Shown: positions 29,060-40,123, numbered from the stretch's first letter. The stretch: 64,000 nucleotides of DNA from an uncultured Candidatus Saccharibacteria bacterium (GCA_964574655.1 CAZNOH010000001.1:201852-265851); one strand, 5' to 3'. Notes: generated by a model not told the origin, from the letters alone. Translations and numbers: made by a program.

Positions 29060-30253
29060 ATGGCAGAAAAATTTGACAGATCAAAACCACATCTAAATGT
29101 TGGTACAATCGGCCATGTTGATCATGGAAAAACTACTTTAACAGCAGCTATTTTGAAGGTTATCAATGCTACTGGCAAAGGAAAAGCACAAGAGAGAACA
29201 GTTGATCAAATTGACTCAGCTCCAGAAGAGCGCGAGAGAGGAATTACAATTGCAACTGCTCATTGTGAGTATGAAACAGAAAAAAGACATTATGCTCACG
29301 TAGATTGTCCAGGACATGCTGATTACATTAAGAATATGATTACTGGTGCAGCTCAAATGGACGGTGCTATTTTGGTTGTATCTGCTGCTGACGGACCAAT
29401 GCCTCAAACAAGAGAACATATTTTATTGGCTTACCAGGTTGGTGTTCCATATATTGTTGTTTTCTTAAATAAAGTTGACCAAGTTGATGATCCAGAAATG
29501 GTTTCTTTAGTTGAAGAAGAAGTTAGGGAATTATTAAATAAATATCATTTTCCTGGAGATGAAGTTCCAATTGTCAAAGGTTCAGCTTTAAAAGCTTTAG
29601 AAGATCCATCAGGTGAAGCTGGCAAACCAGTTTTGGAATTATTAGAAAAGTTAGATTCTTATATTCCTGAACCAAAAAGAGATGTTGATAAACCATTATT
29701 GATGCCTATTGAAGACGTATTTTCAATTGAAGGTCGTGGAACTGTTGTTACTGGTAGAATTGAGAGAGGCATGGTTAAGATTAATGATACAGTAGAAATT
29801 GTTGGTTTAAAACCAACTCAAAAGACTGTTGCTACAGGCATTGAAATGTTCAATAAATCTTTGGATGAAGGCAAGGCTGGCGATAATGCAGGTATTTTGC
29901 TTCGTGGTACAAAGAAAGAAGACGTTCAAAGAGGACAAGTGTTAGCAAAGCCTGGTTCAATTACTCCACATACTGAATTTGAAGCAGAAAGCTATATTTT
30001 GAAGAAAGAAGAAGGCGGACGCCATACTGCATTCACAAATGGCTATAAACCTCAATTCTATGTTAGGACTACCGATGTTACTGGAGAGGTAACATTGCCT
30101 TCTGGAACTGAAATGGTAATGCCTGGTGATACAGTAAATGGTATGAAAGTTAAATTAGTTGCTCCTGTTGCTATGGAAGAAAAAATGAAATTTGCTATTC
30201 GCGAGGGTGGCAAGACTGTTGGTGCAGGCGTTGTAACAAAAATTGTTAAATAA
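29060..30253 (+). CDS. tuf: Elongation factor Tu
   Basis: [17 protein letters not shown] and NKVD. Confidence 0.99.
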   Translation: MAEKFDRSKPHLNVGTIGHVDHGKTTLTAAILKVINATGKGKAQERTVDQIDSAPEERERGITIATAHCEYETEKRHYAHVDCPGHADYIKNMITGAAQMDGAILVVSAADGPMPQTREHILLAYQVGVPYIVVFLNKVDQVDDPEMVSLVEEEVRELLNKYHFPGDEVPIVKGSALKALEDPSGEAGKPVLELLEKLDSYIPEPKRDVDKPLLMPIEDVFSIEGRGTVVTGRIERGMVKINDTVEIVGLKPTQKTVATGIEMFNKSLDEGKAGDNAGILLRGTKKEDVQRGQVLAKPGSITPHTEFEAESYILKKEEGGRHTAFTNGYKPQFYVRTTDVTGEVTLPSGTEMVMPGDTVNGMKVKLVAPVAMEEKMKFAIREGGKTVGAGVVTKIVK

Positions 30254-30312
30254 ATGATTTCATAATAGGGAACAAATTTTTGTTCCCTATTAATTATTAT
30301 TAAGCCCTTTTG

Positions 30313-30657
30313 ATGCCAAAGACTAAAGAAAAAGTAAAGAAAGAAGAAGTTTCTTCTCCAAGAATAAGAATCAAAATTAAGGCGTTTGATCACAAGATTA
30401 TTGACAAGTCTGCAGAGCAGATAATTGAAACTGCAAAGAGATCTGGTGCAGAGGTTATCGGCCCTATTCCACTTCCTACTGAAAAACATAGGGATACTGT
30501 TTTGAAATCCACTTTTGTTCATAAAGACGCTCGTGAACAATTTGAGATTAGAATCCACAAGAGATTGATTGATATTGTAAAGCCGACACCGAAAACTATC
30601 GAAGCTTTGTCGAACCTTAATTTACCAGCAGGTGTTGATGTAGAAATAAAGATGTGA
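30313..30657 (+). CDS. rpsJ: 30S ribosomal protein S10
   Basis: [18 protein letters not shown] and [11 protein letters not shown]. Confidence 0.97.
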   Translation: MPKTKEKVKKEEVSSPRIRIKIKAFDHKIIDKSAEQIIETAKRSGAEVIGPIPLPTEKHRDTVLKSTFVHKDAREQFEIRIHKRLIDIVKPTPKTIEALSNLNLPAGVDVEIKM

Positions 30658-30879
30658 TGTTTTATTTGAATGCGTTTTCGAATGAGTGCAAATGTGTTTT
30701 AGAATGCTTGAGAAAGAGTTTGTGAATGTTTTAAACATTTTTGTTAACTATTTTTTTAGATATAAAGTAGTATTTAGCAAATAAATAGGCGAGTGAATCG
30801 CTTTGGATTTGTTAACCTAATTTATTTAGGTCTTTATTTATTTTTTAAATAAATATTGTTAATATATATATTTTAAGCA

Positions 30880-31488
30880 ATGAAATTTATATTTGGTGAA
30901 AAAATTGGAATGAGCAGAATGTATAACGAAGGTAAGCTAGAAGCTGTTACCTTGGTTAAAATTGATGATTGTGTTATAACAAGGCTTTTGGATATGAAAA
31001 AAGATGGTTATTCTGCTGTTCAGGTCGGTTATTACATAGTTAAAAAAGGCGATGGCAGAGTAAAAGGCGCTTTAAATAAGGCTGGTATAAAGGAAAATCT
31101 AAGTAATTTTGCTGAATTCAGAGTTGATGACTTGACTTCATATAAAATCGGTGGTAAAATTAATATTTCACAGTTCAAAAAGGGTGATTTATTGTCTATT
31201 TCTGGGCTTTCAAAAGGCAAAGGTTTCGCAGGCGTAATGAAGCGACATGGTTTTCATGGTGCTTCACATTCACACGGCCATAAGCATGATTGGAGAGCTC
31301 CTGGTTCTATTGGTTGTGGTTTTCCTCAGCACGTTGTGAAGGGTAAAAGAATGGCAGGCAGAATGGGCGGGGATAATGTAACTTTGAAGAATTCATCAAT
31401 TTTGGATATCAGTTTAGATGAGAATGTTTTAGCTATAAAAGGGGCTTTGCCCGGAAAGATTGGTACATGGCTAAAGATTTGTGGCTAA
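30880..31488 (+). CDS. rplC: 50S ribosomal protein L3
   Basis: SKGKGFAGVMKRH, RAPGSIG and MAGRMG. Confidence 0.97.
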   Translation: MKFIFGEKIGMSRMYNEGKLEAVTLVKIDDCVITRLLDMKKDGYSAVQVGYYIVKKGDGRVKGALNKAGIKENLSNFAEFRVDDLTSYKIGGKINISQFKKGDLLSISGLSKGKGFAGVMKRHGFHGASHSHGHKHDWRAPGSIGCGFPQHVVKGKRMAGRMGGDNVTLKNSSILDISLDENVLAIKGALPGKIGTWLKICG

Positions 31489-31568
31489 AGTTCTTAAAGT
31501 TATAAAGTTGTAAAGTTATAAAGTCGAACTGCTAAATTGTTAAATTGTTATGGTGTTAAAGTTAATTT

Positions 31569-32180
31569 ATGTTAAATATTGATGTATTGAACAGAGAAGG
31601 AAAGAAAGTCGGAACAGTGGATTTAGATCCAAAGATTTTTGGCGTGGAAATCAAAATTGCAGTTGTTCATCGCGCAGTTGTAGCTCAATTAAGCAAGAAA
31701 GAAATTACTTCAAAAACAAAAGATAGAGCTGAAGTAAGCGGTGGTGGTATCAAGCCTTGGAAGCAAAAAGGCACAGGTCGCGCTCGTGTTGGTTCCATTC
31801 GTTCTCCGTTATGGAAGGGCGGAGGCAAAACATTTGGTCCTGTTATGACTAAAAATGATGTCAAAAAAATCAATAGGAAAGAAAAAAGAAAAGCTTTGCA
31901 TATGGCGCTTTCTGATAAATTTAATTTAAAGAAATTAATCGTTCTTGATGAACTGAAGATGGAAGCAATCAAGACTAAAGAATTTGTTAAAATTTTAAAG
32001 AATATTAAGGCTGAAAAGAGTACTTTGGTAATGTTGAAGGACAATGATGAAAAGACGATGAAGTCAATAAGAAATATTGCTAGTGTGAAGCCTTTGCTGT
32101 CTAATCTTTTGAATGTTTATGATGTTGTAAAGTATGATAAATTAGTTTTAGATAAGAACGCTTTAGCAATGATTAAATAA
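31569..32180 (+). CDS. rplD: 50S ribosomal protein L4
   Basis: KPWKQKGTGRARVGSIRSP. Confidence 0.97.
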   Translation: MLNIDVLNREGKKVGTVDLDPKIFGVEIKIAVVHRAVVAQLSKKEITSKTKDRAEVSGGGIKPWKQKGTGRARVGSIRSPLWKGGGKTFGPVMTKNDVKKINRKEKRKALHMALSDKFNLKKLIVLDELKMEAIKTKEFVKILKNIKAEKSTLVMLKDNDEKTMKSIRNIASVKPLLSNLLNVYDVVKYDKLVLDKNALAMIK

Positions 32181-32197
32181 TTTTTGAAGTTAATTGT

Positions 32198-32599
32198 ATG
32201 GCTTTATTAGATGTATTCAAAAAAGGAAAGAAGAAAGAAAAAGAAGTTTCTGCAAAGAAGAAAGTTTTAGCTACAAAAAGTTCTGAAAAAATGCAAAAGG
32301 CTGTTAATATTTATAGCGCTGCATATAAAAATTTATTGAAACCAGTAGTTTCAGAAAAGTGCGCAAATTTGAATATCTCCAATAAATATGTATTTCAAGT
32401 AAAGAAGTCAGCATCTAAGAATGATATTGCAAAAGCGATTTTCGCAGTTTATGGAATTAAGCCAGTCAAGGTTAATGTTATAAATTTATCTGGAAAATCA
32501 AGAAGATATGGCAGAAGTATCGGCAAGACTATAGACAAAAAGAAGGCAATTGTAACTTTGCCAGCAGGCAAGAGCATTAAGATTTATGAAGGAGTATAA
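32198..32599 (+). CDS. rplW: 50S ribosomal protein L23 with Lys-rich N-extension
   Basis: KPVVSEK and KKAIVTL; operon position. Confidence 0.95.
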   Translation: MALLDVFKKGKKKEKEVSAKKKVLATKSSEKMQKAVNIYSAAYKNLLKPVVSEKCANLNISNKYVFQVKKSASKNDIAKAIFAVYGIKPVKVNVINLSGKSRRYGRSIGKTIDKKKAIVTLPAGKSIKIYEGV

Positions 32600-32689
32600 T
32601 AAATAATTTTCAATTACCAATTTCCAATTTTCAATTGTTTCATGCGAAGTTGTAAATTGATTATTGAAAATTGAGAATTTAATTTTAAT

Positions 32690-33520
32690 ATGCCAATTAA
32701 GACTTACAGACCAATTACGCCTTCAAGACGATATATTACGACCGTTGATTTTTCAATGTTGTCAAAAAAAGAGCCTGAAAAAAGCTTGACTGTGGCATTG
32801 CAAAAACATAGCGGTAGAAATAATCGTGGTAAAATTACAGTTCGTCATAGAGGCGGAGGCAGCAAAAGAAAGTATAGAATGATTGATTTCAGAAGATCAA
32901 ATTTTGATATTGAGGGAGAGATTAAGAGTTTAGAATATGATCCAAACAGATCTGCTTTTATTGCGTTAGTTCAATATTCTGATGGCTCTAAGACATATAT
33001 TTTAGCGCAAGAGAATTTGAAAATTGGTGATAAGATCATGAGTTCTTTAAAAAAGCTTGAAGCAAATATTGGAAACAGATATCCATTAAAATATATTCCT
33101 ACTGGCACTCTTGTTTCAGAAGTTGAATTTGCGCCAATGAAAGGCGGTCAAATGGTTAGAAGTGCCGGTTCAGCTGCTCAGCTTTTGGCGATTGAAGGTA
33201 AATTCGCTCAATTGAAGTTTCCTTCTGGAGAAGTAAGAAATGTATTGATTGATTCTTCTGCAACGATTGGCAGAGTTGGCAATATTGATCATGGCAATAT
33301 TACAATTGGTAATGCTGGAAGGGTTAGAAATATGGGTCGAAGACCTCAGGTAAGAGGCAAGGCGATGAATCCAAAAGATCATCCACATGGCGGTGGTGAA
33401 GGTAGAAATTCAATTGGTTTGGTTCATCCGAAGACAAAATGGGGTAAGCCAGCATTGGGTGTTAAGACAAGAAAGCCTAACAAATTGTCTAGCAAACTAA
33501 TTTTGAAGAGAAGAAAATAA
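32690..33520 (+). CDS. rplB: 50S ribosomal protein L2
   Basis: GRNNRGKITVRHRGGG, EYDPNRSA and DHPHGGGEG. Confidence 0.98.
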   Translation: MPIKTYRPITPSRRYITTVDFSMLSKKEPEKSLTVALQKHSGRNNRGKITVRHRGGGSKRKYRMIDFRRSNFDIEGEIKSLEYDPNRSAFIALVQYSDGSKTYILAQENLKIGDKIMSSLKKLEANIGNRYPLKYIPTGTLVSEVEFAPMKGGQMVRSAGSAAQLLAIEGKFAQLKFPSGEVRNVLIDSSATIGRVGNIDHGNITIGNAGRVRNMGRRPQVRGKAMNPKDHPHGGGEGRNSIGLVHPKTKWGKPALGVKTRKPNKLSSKLILKRRK

Positions 33521-33548
33521 TTTTTAAGATACTAAGTTATATATCATT

Positions 33549-33908
33549 ATGTCACGAAGTTTAAAGAAGGGTTTATGGTGCGATCCTAAGCTTTTGAAGA
33601 AAATTAAGAATCTACGAAAAGAAGATAGAACTATCCTTAAGACTTGGTCTAGATCTTCGACTATTTTTCCTGAGATGGTAGGCTATACTCTTGGTGTTCA
33701 TAATGGAAAAGAACATATTCCAGTATTGTTGACAGAAGAAATGGTTGGACATAGATTAGGTGAATTTTCTCCAACTAGACGATTTGAAGTTCATGGCGGT
33801 AGAATTGCTAAGGAAGAAGCAGCAGCAGCTCAAGCAACTGAAACACAGAAATTAGCAGCCACAAAAGAAGGAGAAGGCGAAGTTGAGAAAAAAGAAGTTA
33901 AAGAATAA
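33549..33908 (+). CDS. rpsS: 30S ribosomal protein S19
   Basis: KTWSRSS and [13 protein letters not shown]. Confidence 0.97.
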   Translation: MSRSLKKGLWCDPKLLKKIKNLRKEDRTILKTWSRSSTIFPEMVGYTLGVHNGKEHIPVLLTEEMVGHRLGEFSPTRRFEVHGGRIAKEEAAAAQATETQKLAATKEGEGEVEKKEVKE

Positions 33909-33919
33909 TTAATCTATAT

Positions 33920-34423
33920 ATGTCAGTTAAAGCAACATTAAAACATTTACATATTGCACCAAGAAAAGCGAAATTAGTAGTCAATCTAATTCGTGGTTTG
34001 GATGTTTCTGATGCAGAAGATCAATTAAGATTTTTAAATAAGAAATCTTCTGACTTGGTTTTGAAATTGTTATTATCAGTTGCTAGCAATGCAGTCCATA
34101 ATTTTAATATGGAAAAAGATAATTTGTTTGTTTTAAAGATTTTTGTTAATGAAGCACCGACTTTGAAAAGATTCCGTCCTCGAGCTTTTGGAAGAGCTTA
34201 TACAATAAGAAGAAGAACTAGCCATATTGAAATAGAATTGGAAGAAAAGATCAAAGGCAAGAAAGCTAAAAAGATTAAAAAGCAAGAAATCAAAGCAGAA
34301 GAGAAGCAAGAAAAGAAGGTAAGCAAGGAAAAGGGATGGGATAAGAATAAAGATCAGAAACGAGGAATATTCGGAAGAAAATCGGGTAAAAGTAATAAGA
34401 TTTTTCAAAGAAAGGCAATGTAG
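33920..34423 (+). CDS. rplV: 50S ribosomal protein L22 with basic C-extension
   Basis: APRKAKLV and PRAFGRA..IRRRTSHI. Confidence 0.96.
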   Translation: MSVKATLKHLHIAPRKAKLVVNLIRGLDVSDAEDQLRFLNKKSSDLVLKLLLSVASNAVHNFNMEKDNLFVLKIFVNEAPTLKRFRPRAFGRAYTIRRRTSHIEIELEEKIKGKKAKKIKKQEIKAEEKQEKKVSKEKGWDKNKDQKRGIFGRKSGKSNKIFQRKAM

Positions 34424-34429
34424 AGTGAA

Positions 34430-34491
34430 CGCTGATATGACGCTGATTTCTAACCTGCCTACCGGCAGGCAGGCGCTGATCTGATGCTGAT
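34430..34491 (+). repeat. CGCTGAT array interrupted by the 20-bp palindrome cctgcctaccggcaggcagg (34454-34473)
   Basis: Removing the 20-mer restores the usual aacgctgat third unit. Confidence 0.8.
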
Positions 34492-34536
34492 TAAATCGTA
34501 ATTAAATTTTTATATTTTAGTTTTTCAAGTAAACAT

Positions 34537-35175
34537 ATGGGACATAAAATTAGTCCAATTAGTTTCAGAATTGGTGGTTTGCAAACTTGGTCATCGAAGT
34601 GGTTTTCAGATAGCAAAAAGTATAAGGATTATTTGATTAGCGATGTTAAGCTAAGAAGAATGATTTTTGAAAAATTGAAAAATGCAGCTTTATCTTTAAT
34701 TGAAATTGAAAGAACAACACAGTCAATAACTTTTACTTTACATTCTTCAAGACCTGGAATTATAATCGGCCGTGGTGGAACAGAAATAGAAGAAATGAAA
34801 AAAGAGATTGCAAAGAATGTTGGTCCTGGAATTAAGATTGATATTAATATTAAGGAAATAAGAGAGCCAGAAGCAGATGCAGCAACAGTTGGCGTTTTGA
34901 TAGCTGAACAAATTGAAAAAAGAATTTCTTTTAGAAGAGTTATCAAAAGAGCTTTGGAGAGAACAATGCAGAATAGAAATGTAAAAGGTTGTAAGATTAT
35001 GATTTCTGGCAGATTGGATGGATCTGAAATGTCAAGACGCGAATGGGTAGCAGAAGGAAAATTGCCTTTGCATACTTTGAGAGCTAATATTGATTTTGCG
35101 AAGAGGGTTGCTCGTACTACAATGGGCGCGACTGGAATAAAGGTTTGGATTTATAAGGGCGAAGTTTTTAAGTAA
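34537..35175 (+). CDS. rpsC: 30S ribosomal protein S3
   Basis: [20 protein letters not shown] and GIKVWIYKG. Confidence 0.97.
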   Translation: MGHKISPISFRIGGLQTWSSKWFSDSKKYKDYLISDVKLRRMIFEKLKNAALSLIEIERTTQSITFTLHSSRPGIIIGRGGTEIEEMKKEIAKNVGPGIKIDINIKEIREPEADAATVGVLIAEQIEKRISFRRVIKRALERTMQNRNVKGCKIMISGRLDGSEMSRREWVAEGKLPLHTLRANIDFAKRVARTTMGATGIKVWIYKGEVFK

Positions 35176-35255
35176 TCGCGAATGTGCACGAATGTGCCAC
35201 AAATTTCACTACTTGCTATTTGTGTCATTCGTGATAAATTTGTGTAAATTAGAGA
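35176..35255. repeat. CGAAT/CACRAAT-family intergenic element
   Basis: tcgcgaatgtgcacgaatgtgccacaaat...atttgtgtcattcgtg...gtgtaaattagaga; relatives at 8980, 36618, 38389 and 50755. Confidence 0.7.
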
Positions 35256-35260
35256 ATTAT

Positions 35261-35668
35261 ATGTTAATGCCGAAAAAAGTAAAACATAGGAAGTGGCAAA
35301 AAGGAAGCAATAAGAGGATTGAAGTACGAGGAAGCCGATTGAGTTTTGGTATGTTTGGTTTGAAAGCTTTAGAAGGAAAATGGTTAACAGCAAGACAAAT
35401 TGAAGCTTCTAGACGTGCAATGACAAGATTTATTCAACGTGGTGGAAAAGTATGGATCAGAATATTTCCTGATAAGCCGGTAACTACAAAAGGTGCTGAA
35501 ACTCCAATGGGTAAGGGCAAAGGTGCAGTTGATCATTTTGTTGTTTCTGTTGCGCCAGGAAAGATTTTGTTTGAAATGGATGGAGTTAAAGAAAAGGTTG
35601 CTCGCGAGGCTTTGAGATTAGCAGCAAATAAATTGCCTATCAAGACTAAATTTATAATGGAATTATAA
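35261..35668 (+). CDS. rplP: 50S ribosomal protein L16
   Basis: [20 protein letters not shown] and MGKGKG; start corrected. Confidence 0.97.
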   Translation: MLMPKKVKHRKWQKGSNKRIEVRGSRLSFGMFGLKALEGKWLTARQIEASRRAMTRFIQRGGKVWIRIFPDKPVTTKGAETPMGKGKGAVDHFVVSVAPGKILFEMDGVKEKVAREALRLAANKLPIKTKFIMEL

Positions 35669-35670
35669 TT

Positions 35671-35868
35671 ATGAAAGTTAAAGAAATCAGAGAAAAAAAA
35701 GATAAGGAACTAGTAAAAATGCTGGCTGAAAAAAGAGAGAGCCTGCGCGATATTAGATTTAAGATTGCTTCAAGTCAGTATAAGAATGTTAAAGAAATTT
35801 CTTTTTTGAAAAAAGACGTTGCAAAGGTTTTGACAGTAATGAACGAAAGAGCATTAATCAAAGCTTAA
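35671..35868 (+). CDS. rpmC: 50S ribosomal protein L29
   Basis: Operon position; KKDVAKVLTVMNE. Confidence 0.92.
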   Translation: MKVKEIREKKDKELVKMLAEKRESLRDIRFKIASSQYKNVKEISFLKKDVAKVLTVMNERALIKA

Positions 35869-35948
35869 GTGTTTTATTGTTAAATTGCTAAATTGTTAAA
35901 TGTGAATAATGTAAGAGAATAGAAATACGTGAATAAATTATAAATATT

Positions 35949-36209
35949 ATGGAAAAAAATTTAGATAAGAAGAAAATGCCACGCCAATTGAAAGGCACTG
36001 TTGTATCAGACAAAATGGAAAAATCCATTGTTGTTGAGGTTGAAAGAATTAAGGCTCATCCAATTTATAAAAAGAGATATCATGTTTCTCTGAAAGTAAA
36101 GGCTCATGATGCAGATAACAAGGCTAAGGTTGGAGATGTTGTATTGATTGAACAATGCAGGCCTTTAAGTTCTGACAAGCATTATAGATTAAAGAAAGTA
36201 TGCAAATAG
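35949..36209 (+). CDS. rpsQ: 30S ribosomal protein S17
   Basis: GTVVSDKMEKS, HPIYKK and CRPLS. Confidence 0.96.
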   Translation: MEKNLDKKKMPRQLKGTVVSDKMEKSIVVEVERIKAHPIYKKRYHVSLKVKAHDADNKAKVGDVVLIEQCRPLSSDKHYRLKKVCK

Positions 36210-36250
36210 CCTTAGCGAATGGGCACATACGAATATACTAATAAATTGTT

Positions 36251-36616
36251 ATGATACAGACTCAATCAAAATTGAAAGTCGCAGACAATTCCGGAGCAAG
36301 GATTATCCGTTGTATTAGAGTACACAGAGGATTTAAGAGAAGATATGCAAGAATGGGCGACACTATTACAGCTGTTGTTTTAGAAGCTATTCCAGGTGGA
36401 ATTGTAAAGAATAAAGAGGTAGTGCAGGCTGTTGTAATTAGGCAGAAAAAAGAATTGCGCCGAGAAGATGGTACATACATCAGATTTGATGATAATGCAG
36501 CAGTAATCATTGATGGAAAGGAACCAAAAGGTACTAGGATTTTTGGTCCAGTTGCTCGTGAATTGAGAAAGGGTGATTTTACAAAAATCATTTCTTTGGC
36601 AGTCGAAGTATTATAA
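36251..36616 (+). CDS. rplN: 50S ribosomal protein L14
   Basis: VADNSGA, FDDNAAV and [12 protein letters not shown]. Confidence 0.98.
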   Translation: MIQTQSKLKVADNSGARIIRCIRVHRGFKRRYARMGDTITAVVLEAIPGGIVKNKEVVQAVVIRQKKELRREDGTYIRFDDNAAVIIDGKEPKGTRIFGPVARELRKGDFTKIISLAVEVL

Positions 36617-36675
36617 ATCGCGAATTTACACAAATTTTTCACGAATATCGCAAATATTATATCCAATAAATTTTT

Positions 36676-36984
36676 ATGAGAATCAAAAAAGGCGACAACG
36701 TATTAGTAATATCAGGTAAGGACCGAGGCAAGGTTGGCAAGGTGCTTTCTGTTTTGCCTAAATTGGATAAGATCATCGTTGAGAATGTCAATAAGGTGTC
36801 AAAGCATACAGAATCTAAAAGACAGGATAAGAAAGGACAGAAATTGCAAGTAGATTCGCCAATCAATATTTCTAATGTTTTGTTTAAGTGTCCAAAATGC
36901 AATAAGGCTGTTAGGACTGGAATTAAAATTGGCGAAGATAAGAAAAAATTCAGAATTTGCAAGAAGTGCAAAGAAACTATTTAA
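36676..36984 (+). CDS. rplX: 50S ribosomal protein L24
   Basis: KKGDNVLVISGKDRGK. Confidence 0.96.
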   Translation: MRIKKGDNVLVISGKDRGKVGKVLSVLPKLDKIIVENVNKVSKHTESKRQDKKGQKLQVDSPINISNVLFKCPKCNKAVRTGIKIGEDKKKFRICKKCKETI

Positions 36985-36994
36985 TTTATACAAG

Positions 36995-37023
36995 GTAGAG
37001 ACGTAGCAATGCTACGTCTCTAC
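36995..37023. repeat. GTAGAGACG REP-like palindrome
   Basis: gtagagacgtagcaatgctacgtctctac. Confidence 0.88.
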
Positions 37024-37033
37024 AAAAATAATT

Positions 37034-37729
37034 ATGACAGAATTACAAAAAAAATATAATGAGAAGATTGTGCCTTTTATGAAGGAGAAGTTTGGTTATA
37101 AAAATGTAAATGAAATTCCAAGGATCTCTAAGATTGTTTTGAATATTGGTGCAGGAAAGACCTTGAAAGATCCAAAATTAATTGATATAATGATTGATAA
37201 CCTGAAAAGAATCAGCGGACAGGCTCCAGTTAAGACTCGCGCTGCAAAATCAATCGCTGGATTTGGCATTAAAGAAGGTCAAGTAGTAGGTTTGGCAGTA
37301 AATATGCGCGGTGCTAGAATGTATGAATTTTTGAACAAGTTTGTCAATGTCGCTCTACCAAGATTTAGAGATTTTCAAGGTTTGTCTCCGGAAGCGTTTG
37401 ATGGACAAGGAAATTACAATATTGGAATAAAGGAACAAATTGTTTTTCCAGAAATAAAGGCTGATGAAATTGAAAAGGTGCATGGATTAGAAGTAACCAT
37501 TGCAACAACTGCTGAAACCGATGAAGAGGGGTTGGAACTTTTAAAAGCTATCGGATTTTTATTTAGAAAACGCGGTGAAAGAGCAAAGGAAGAAGCGTTG
37601 AAAGAAGTCAGCAGAAAAGAATCGGTCATGAAGAGATATGATGCAATGAAAAAGAAACAAACTGTAGTTGGAGTAATTCCATCTGCTAAGGTAAAGTCTG
37701 AAGCTCCAAAGAAAGAAAAGTCTAAATAA
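37034..37729 (+). CDS. rplE: 50S ribosomal protein L5 with C-extension
   Basis: ALPRFRDFQG, FDGQGNY and EQIVFPEI. Confidence 0.97.
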   Translation: MTELQKKYNEKIVPFMKEKFGYKNVNEIPRISKIVLNIGAGKTLKDPKLIDIMIDNLKRISGQAPVKTRAAKSIAGFGIKEGQVVGLAVNMRGARMYEFLNKFVNVALPRFRDFQGLSPEAFDGQGNYNIGIKEQIVFPEIKADEIEKVHGLEVTIATTAETDEEGLELLKAIGFLFRKRGERAKEEALKEVSRKESVMKRYDAMKKKQTVVGVIPSAKVKSEAPKKEKSK

Positions 37730-37749
37730 TATTTTTTTAAATAACTATT

Positions 37750-37935
37750 ATGGCACGAGAGGCATTAATCGCTAAAGCAAAAAAGAAACCTAAATTTTCG
37801 ACTCGTATTGTAAGACGATGTGAATTGTGTGGTCGAAAACATGGATATATGAGACGCTATGGAATGTGTAGAATTTGTTTTAGAGAGCTTGCTAGCAAGG
37901 GAGAAATTCCTGGAGTTAGAAAAGCATCCTGGTAG
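37750..37935 (+). CDS. rpsN: 30S ribosomal protein S14 (zinc-binding type Z)
   Basis: RCELCGR...MCRICFRE...PGVRKASW. Confidence 0.97.
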   Translation: MAREALIAKAKKKPKFSTRIVRRCELCGRKHGYMRRYGMCRICFRELASKGEIPGVRKASW

Positions 37936-37943
37936 AATATTTA

Positions 37944-37972
37944 GTAGAGACGTTGCATTGCAACGTCTGTAC
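37944..37972. repeat. GTAGAGACG REP-like palindrome
   Basis: gtagagacgttgcattgcaacgtctgtac, with compensatory stem changes. Confidence 0.85.
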
Positions 37973-37996
37973 AAAAGTTTATAAAGTAATAAATTT

Positions 37997-38383
37997 ATGG
38001 TAGATCCTATTGCGGATATGTTAACACAAATTAGAAACGCTCAGGCAGTAAAGAAACCTGAAGTCACTTTATCTTATTCAAAGGTAAAGCTTGGAGTTGC
38101 AAAAATCTTGAAAGAAGAAGGCTACATTGCTGATTTTTCAATTTTGGAAAAAAACAAGTTTTTGAAGATGGTTTTGAAATATTTAGAAAATGGAAAGCCA
38201 CTTATTCAAAATATTAAGAGGGTAAGTACTCCTGGACAACGGATTTATGTTGGCAGCAAAGATATCAGAAAAATTTTAGGCGGTTTAGGAACTTCAATAG
38301 TTTCTACATCGAGAGGTATTATGACAGGCAAGGAAGCAAGAAAGAAGAACTTAGGCGGTGAAGCTATTTGCGAAATATTTTAG
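37997..38383 (+). CDS. rpsH: 30S ribosomal protein S8
   Basis: DPIADMLTQIRNA, STPGQRIY and STSRG. Confidence 0.97.
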   Translation: MVDPIADMLTQIRNAQAVKKPEVTLSYSKVKLGVAKILKEEGYIADFSILEKNKFLKMVLKYLENGKPLIQNIKRVSTPGQRIYVGSKDIRKILGGLGTSIVSTSRGIMTGKEARKKNLGGEAICEIF

Positions 38384-38485
38384 TTAACATCGCGAATCTG
38401 CACGAATGCCTTACGGCCACAAATTGCACGAATAGATATTTGTTAATTTAGTTAGTGATTTATTAAGTGTAAATTAGAGAAATTT

Positions 38486-39034
38486 ATGTCAAGAATTGGA
38501 AAATTACCGATTCAGATTCCAGAAGGTGTGGAAGTAAAAATTGTTGATAATACCATAACTGTAAAAAAAGAAAAAAATCAGTTACAGTTTTCTTTGAATC
38601 CAAAAGTTATTGTTACAAGTGATGCTAAAGAAATAAAGGTTGAAGTAAAGAAAGAAGTAAACAGAAATCTTTGGGGTGTTACGAGATCAATTATCAATAA
38701 CATGGTTATTGGTATAACAAAAGGATTTGAAAAGAAGTTGGAAATAGAAGGAATTGGTTTTAATGCACAGGTTAATGGCGATAAATTAGTCATGAAATTA
38801 GGTTTTTCTCATCCGATTGAATACCTTGCTCCTAAAGGAATAAAATTTGAAGTGAAGAAAAATTTGATTACAGTTTCTGGAATAGATAAACAATCAGTAG
38901 GTCAAGCAGCAGCCGAGATAAGAGAATTCAAAAAACCTGAACCATATAAAGGAAAGGGAATCCATTATCTTGGCGAGCATATTATTAGAAAAGAAGGAAA
39001 GAAAGCTGTTGCCTCAGAAGGCGGAGCTAAATAA
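38486..39034 (+). CDS. rplF: 50S ribosomal protein L6
   Basis: MSRIGKLPI, GFSHP and PEPYKGKGI. Confidence 0.97.
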   Translation: MSRIGKLPIQIPEGVEVKIVDNTITVKKEKNQLQFSLNPKVIVTSDAKEIKVEVKKEVNRNLWGVTRSIINNMVIGITKGFEKKLEIEGIGFNAQVNGDKLVMKLGFSHPIEYLAPKGIKFEVKKNLITVSGIDKQSVGQAAAEIREFKKPEPYKGKGIHYLGEHIIRKEGKKAVASEGGAK

Positions 39035-39048
39035 TTATATAAGAGTTT

Positions 39049-39393
39049 ATGAATAAAAAATTACTTAGAACGAGAAGACATAAAAGAATAAGATCAAGAA
39101 TGGATGGTTTAGCAAAGAAACCTAGATTGGTTGTATTTAGAAGCAATAAGCATATTCATGCTCAATTGATTGATGATTCTGTTAGTAAAACTTTAGTTGC
39201 TGCAGCTGATTTAGAATTAAAAGATTTAAAGAAGAAAAAGAGTGAAATAGCTTTTGCAGTCGGAGAGTTGGCAGCAAAAAAAGCAATAGAAAAAAATATT
39301 TCAGAAGTTGTTTTTGATAGAGGCGGATATAAATATACGGGAAGAGTTAAGGCTTTGGCTGATGGCGCAAGAAAAGGCGGACTCAAGTTCTAA
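39049..39393 (+). CDS. rplR: 50S ribosomal protein L18
   Basis: PRLVVFRSNKHI and VVFDRGGYKYTGRV. Confidence 0.97.
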   Translation: MNKKLLRTRRHKRIRSRMDGLAKKPRLVVFRSNKHIHAQLIDDSVSKTLVAAADLELKDLKKKKSEIAFAVGELAAKKAIEKNISEVVFDRGGYKYTGRVKALADGARKGGLKF

Positions 39394-39473
39394 TAACTAA
39401 ATAACTAAATTAAAAAATAACTAAATTGCGAATTATTACGAATTATAAATTACTTAATTACTGAATTAAATAA

Positions 39474-40103
39474 ATGGATAGAAATAATAAGAGAAATTTT
39501 AGAGGGGACAAAGAATTTGATCAAGAATTAGTTGATCTTGCTAGAGTTACCAGAATAGTTGCTGGTGGACGTCGTTTTAGATTTAGAGCAACATTGGTAA
39601 TCGGAAATAAAAAGGGTTCAGTTGGCATGGGAATTGGAAAGGGTGTTGATGTATCATCTGCAATTGCAAAAGCATTGGCAATAGCAAGAAAAAACATGAT
39701 AAAGGTTTTGATTATTGACAATACTATTCCATACGAAATTTGGGTAAAATATTGTGGCGCAAAGGTTTTTTTGAAACCTGCAAAAGTTGGTACAGGAGTT
39801 ATTGCTGGCGGTGCTGTTCGTACAGTTATGGATTTGGCTGGTATTAGAAATATAACAGCAAAAATGTATGGATCAAACAACACTCCTAATAACGTAAGAG
39901 CAACTTTGATGGCTTTAGAAAAAATGAGAAAGCCTGAAGATATAGCTTCTGCTAGAGGTAAGAAAATTGAAGATTTGCTTGGAAAGAAGAAAGAAGTAAA
40001 GTCAGAAGAAAAAAAAGTTGTTGCTTTCGCTGATGCTACATTGATCAGGGAAGTTAAGAAAGTAGCTGAAATTAAAAAGATTGCTAAAGTTGTTAAAAAA
40101 TAA
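39474..40103 (+). CDS. rpsE: 30S ribosomal protein S5
   Basis: RVTRIVAGGRRFRF and GTGVIAGG. Confidence 0.97.
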   Translation: MDRNNKRNFRGDKEFDQELVDLARVTRIVAGGRRFRFRATLVIGNKKGSVGMGIGKGVDVSSAIAKALAIARKNMIKVLIIDNTIPYEIWVKYCGAKVFLKPAKVGTGVIAGGAVRTVMDLAGIRNITAKMYGSNNTPNNVRATLMALEKMRKPEDIASARGKKIEDLLGKKKEVKSEEKKVVAFADATLIREVKKVAEIKKIAKVVKK

Positions 40104-40123
40104 GATATTGGATATTAATTATT

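Noticed and set aside
30058-30558. Antisense and alternate-frame ORFs over ribosomal and metabolic genes (for example 30058, 36262, 40252, 50727)
   Set aside because: Shadows of well-conserved sense genes, with no motifs of their own
30658-30879. rpsJ-rplC spacer as a known ribosomal leader or ncRNA
   Set aside because: Contains GAATG repeats and weak hairpins, but I cannot match a defined family without a covariance search
40023-40050. AFADATLIR segment of rpsE as another hairpin-element insertion
   Set aside because: Only faint resemblance; lacks paired stems and the CAAG tail
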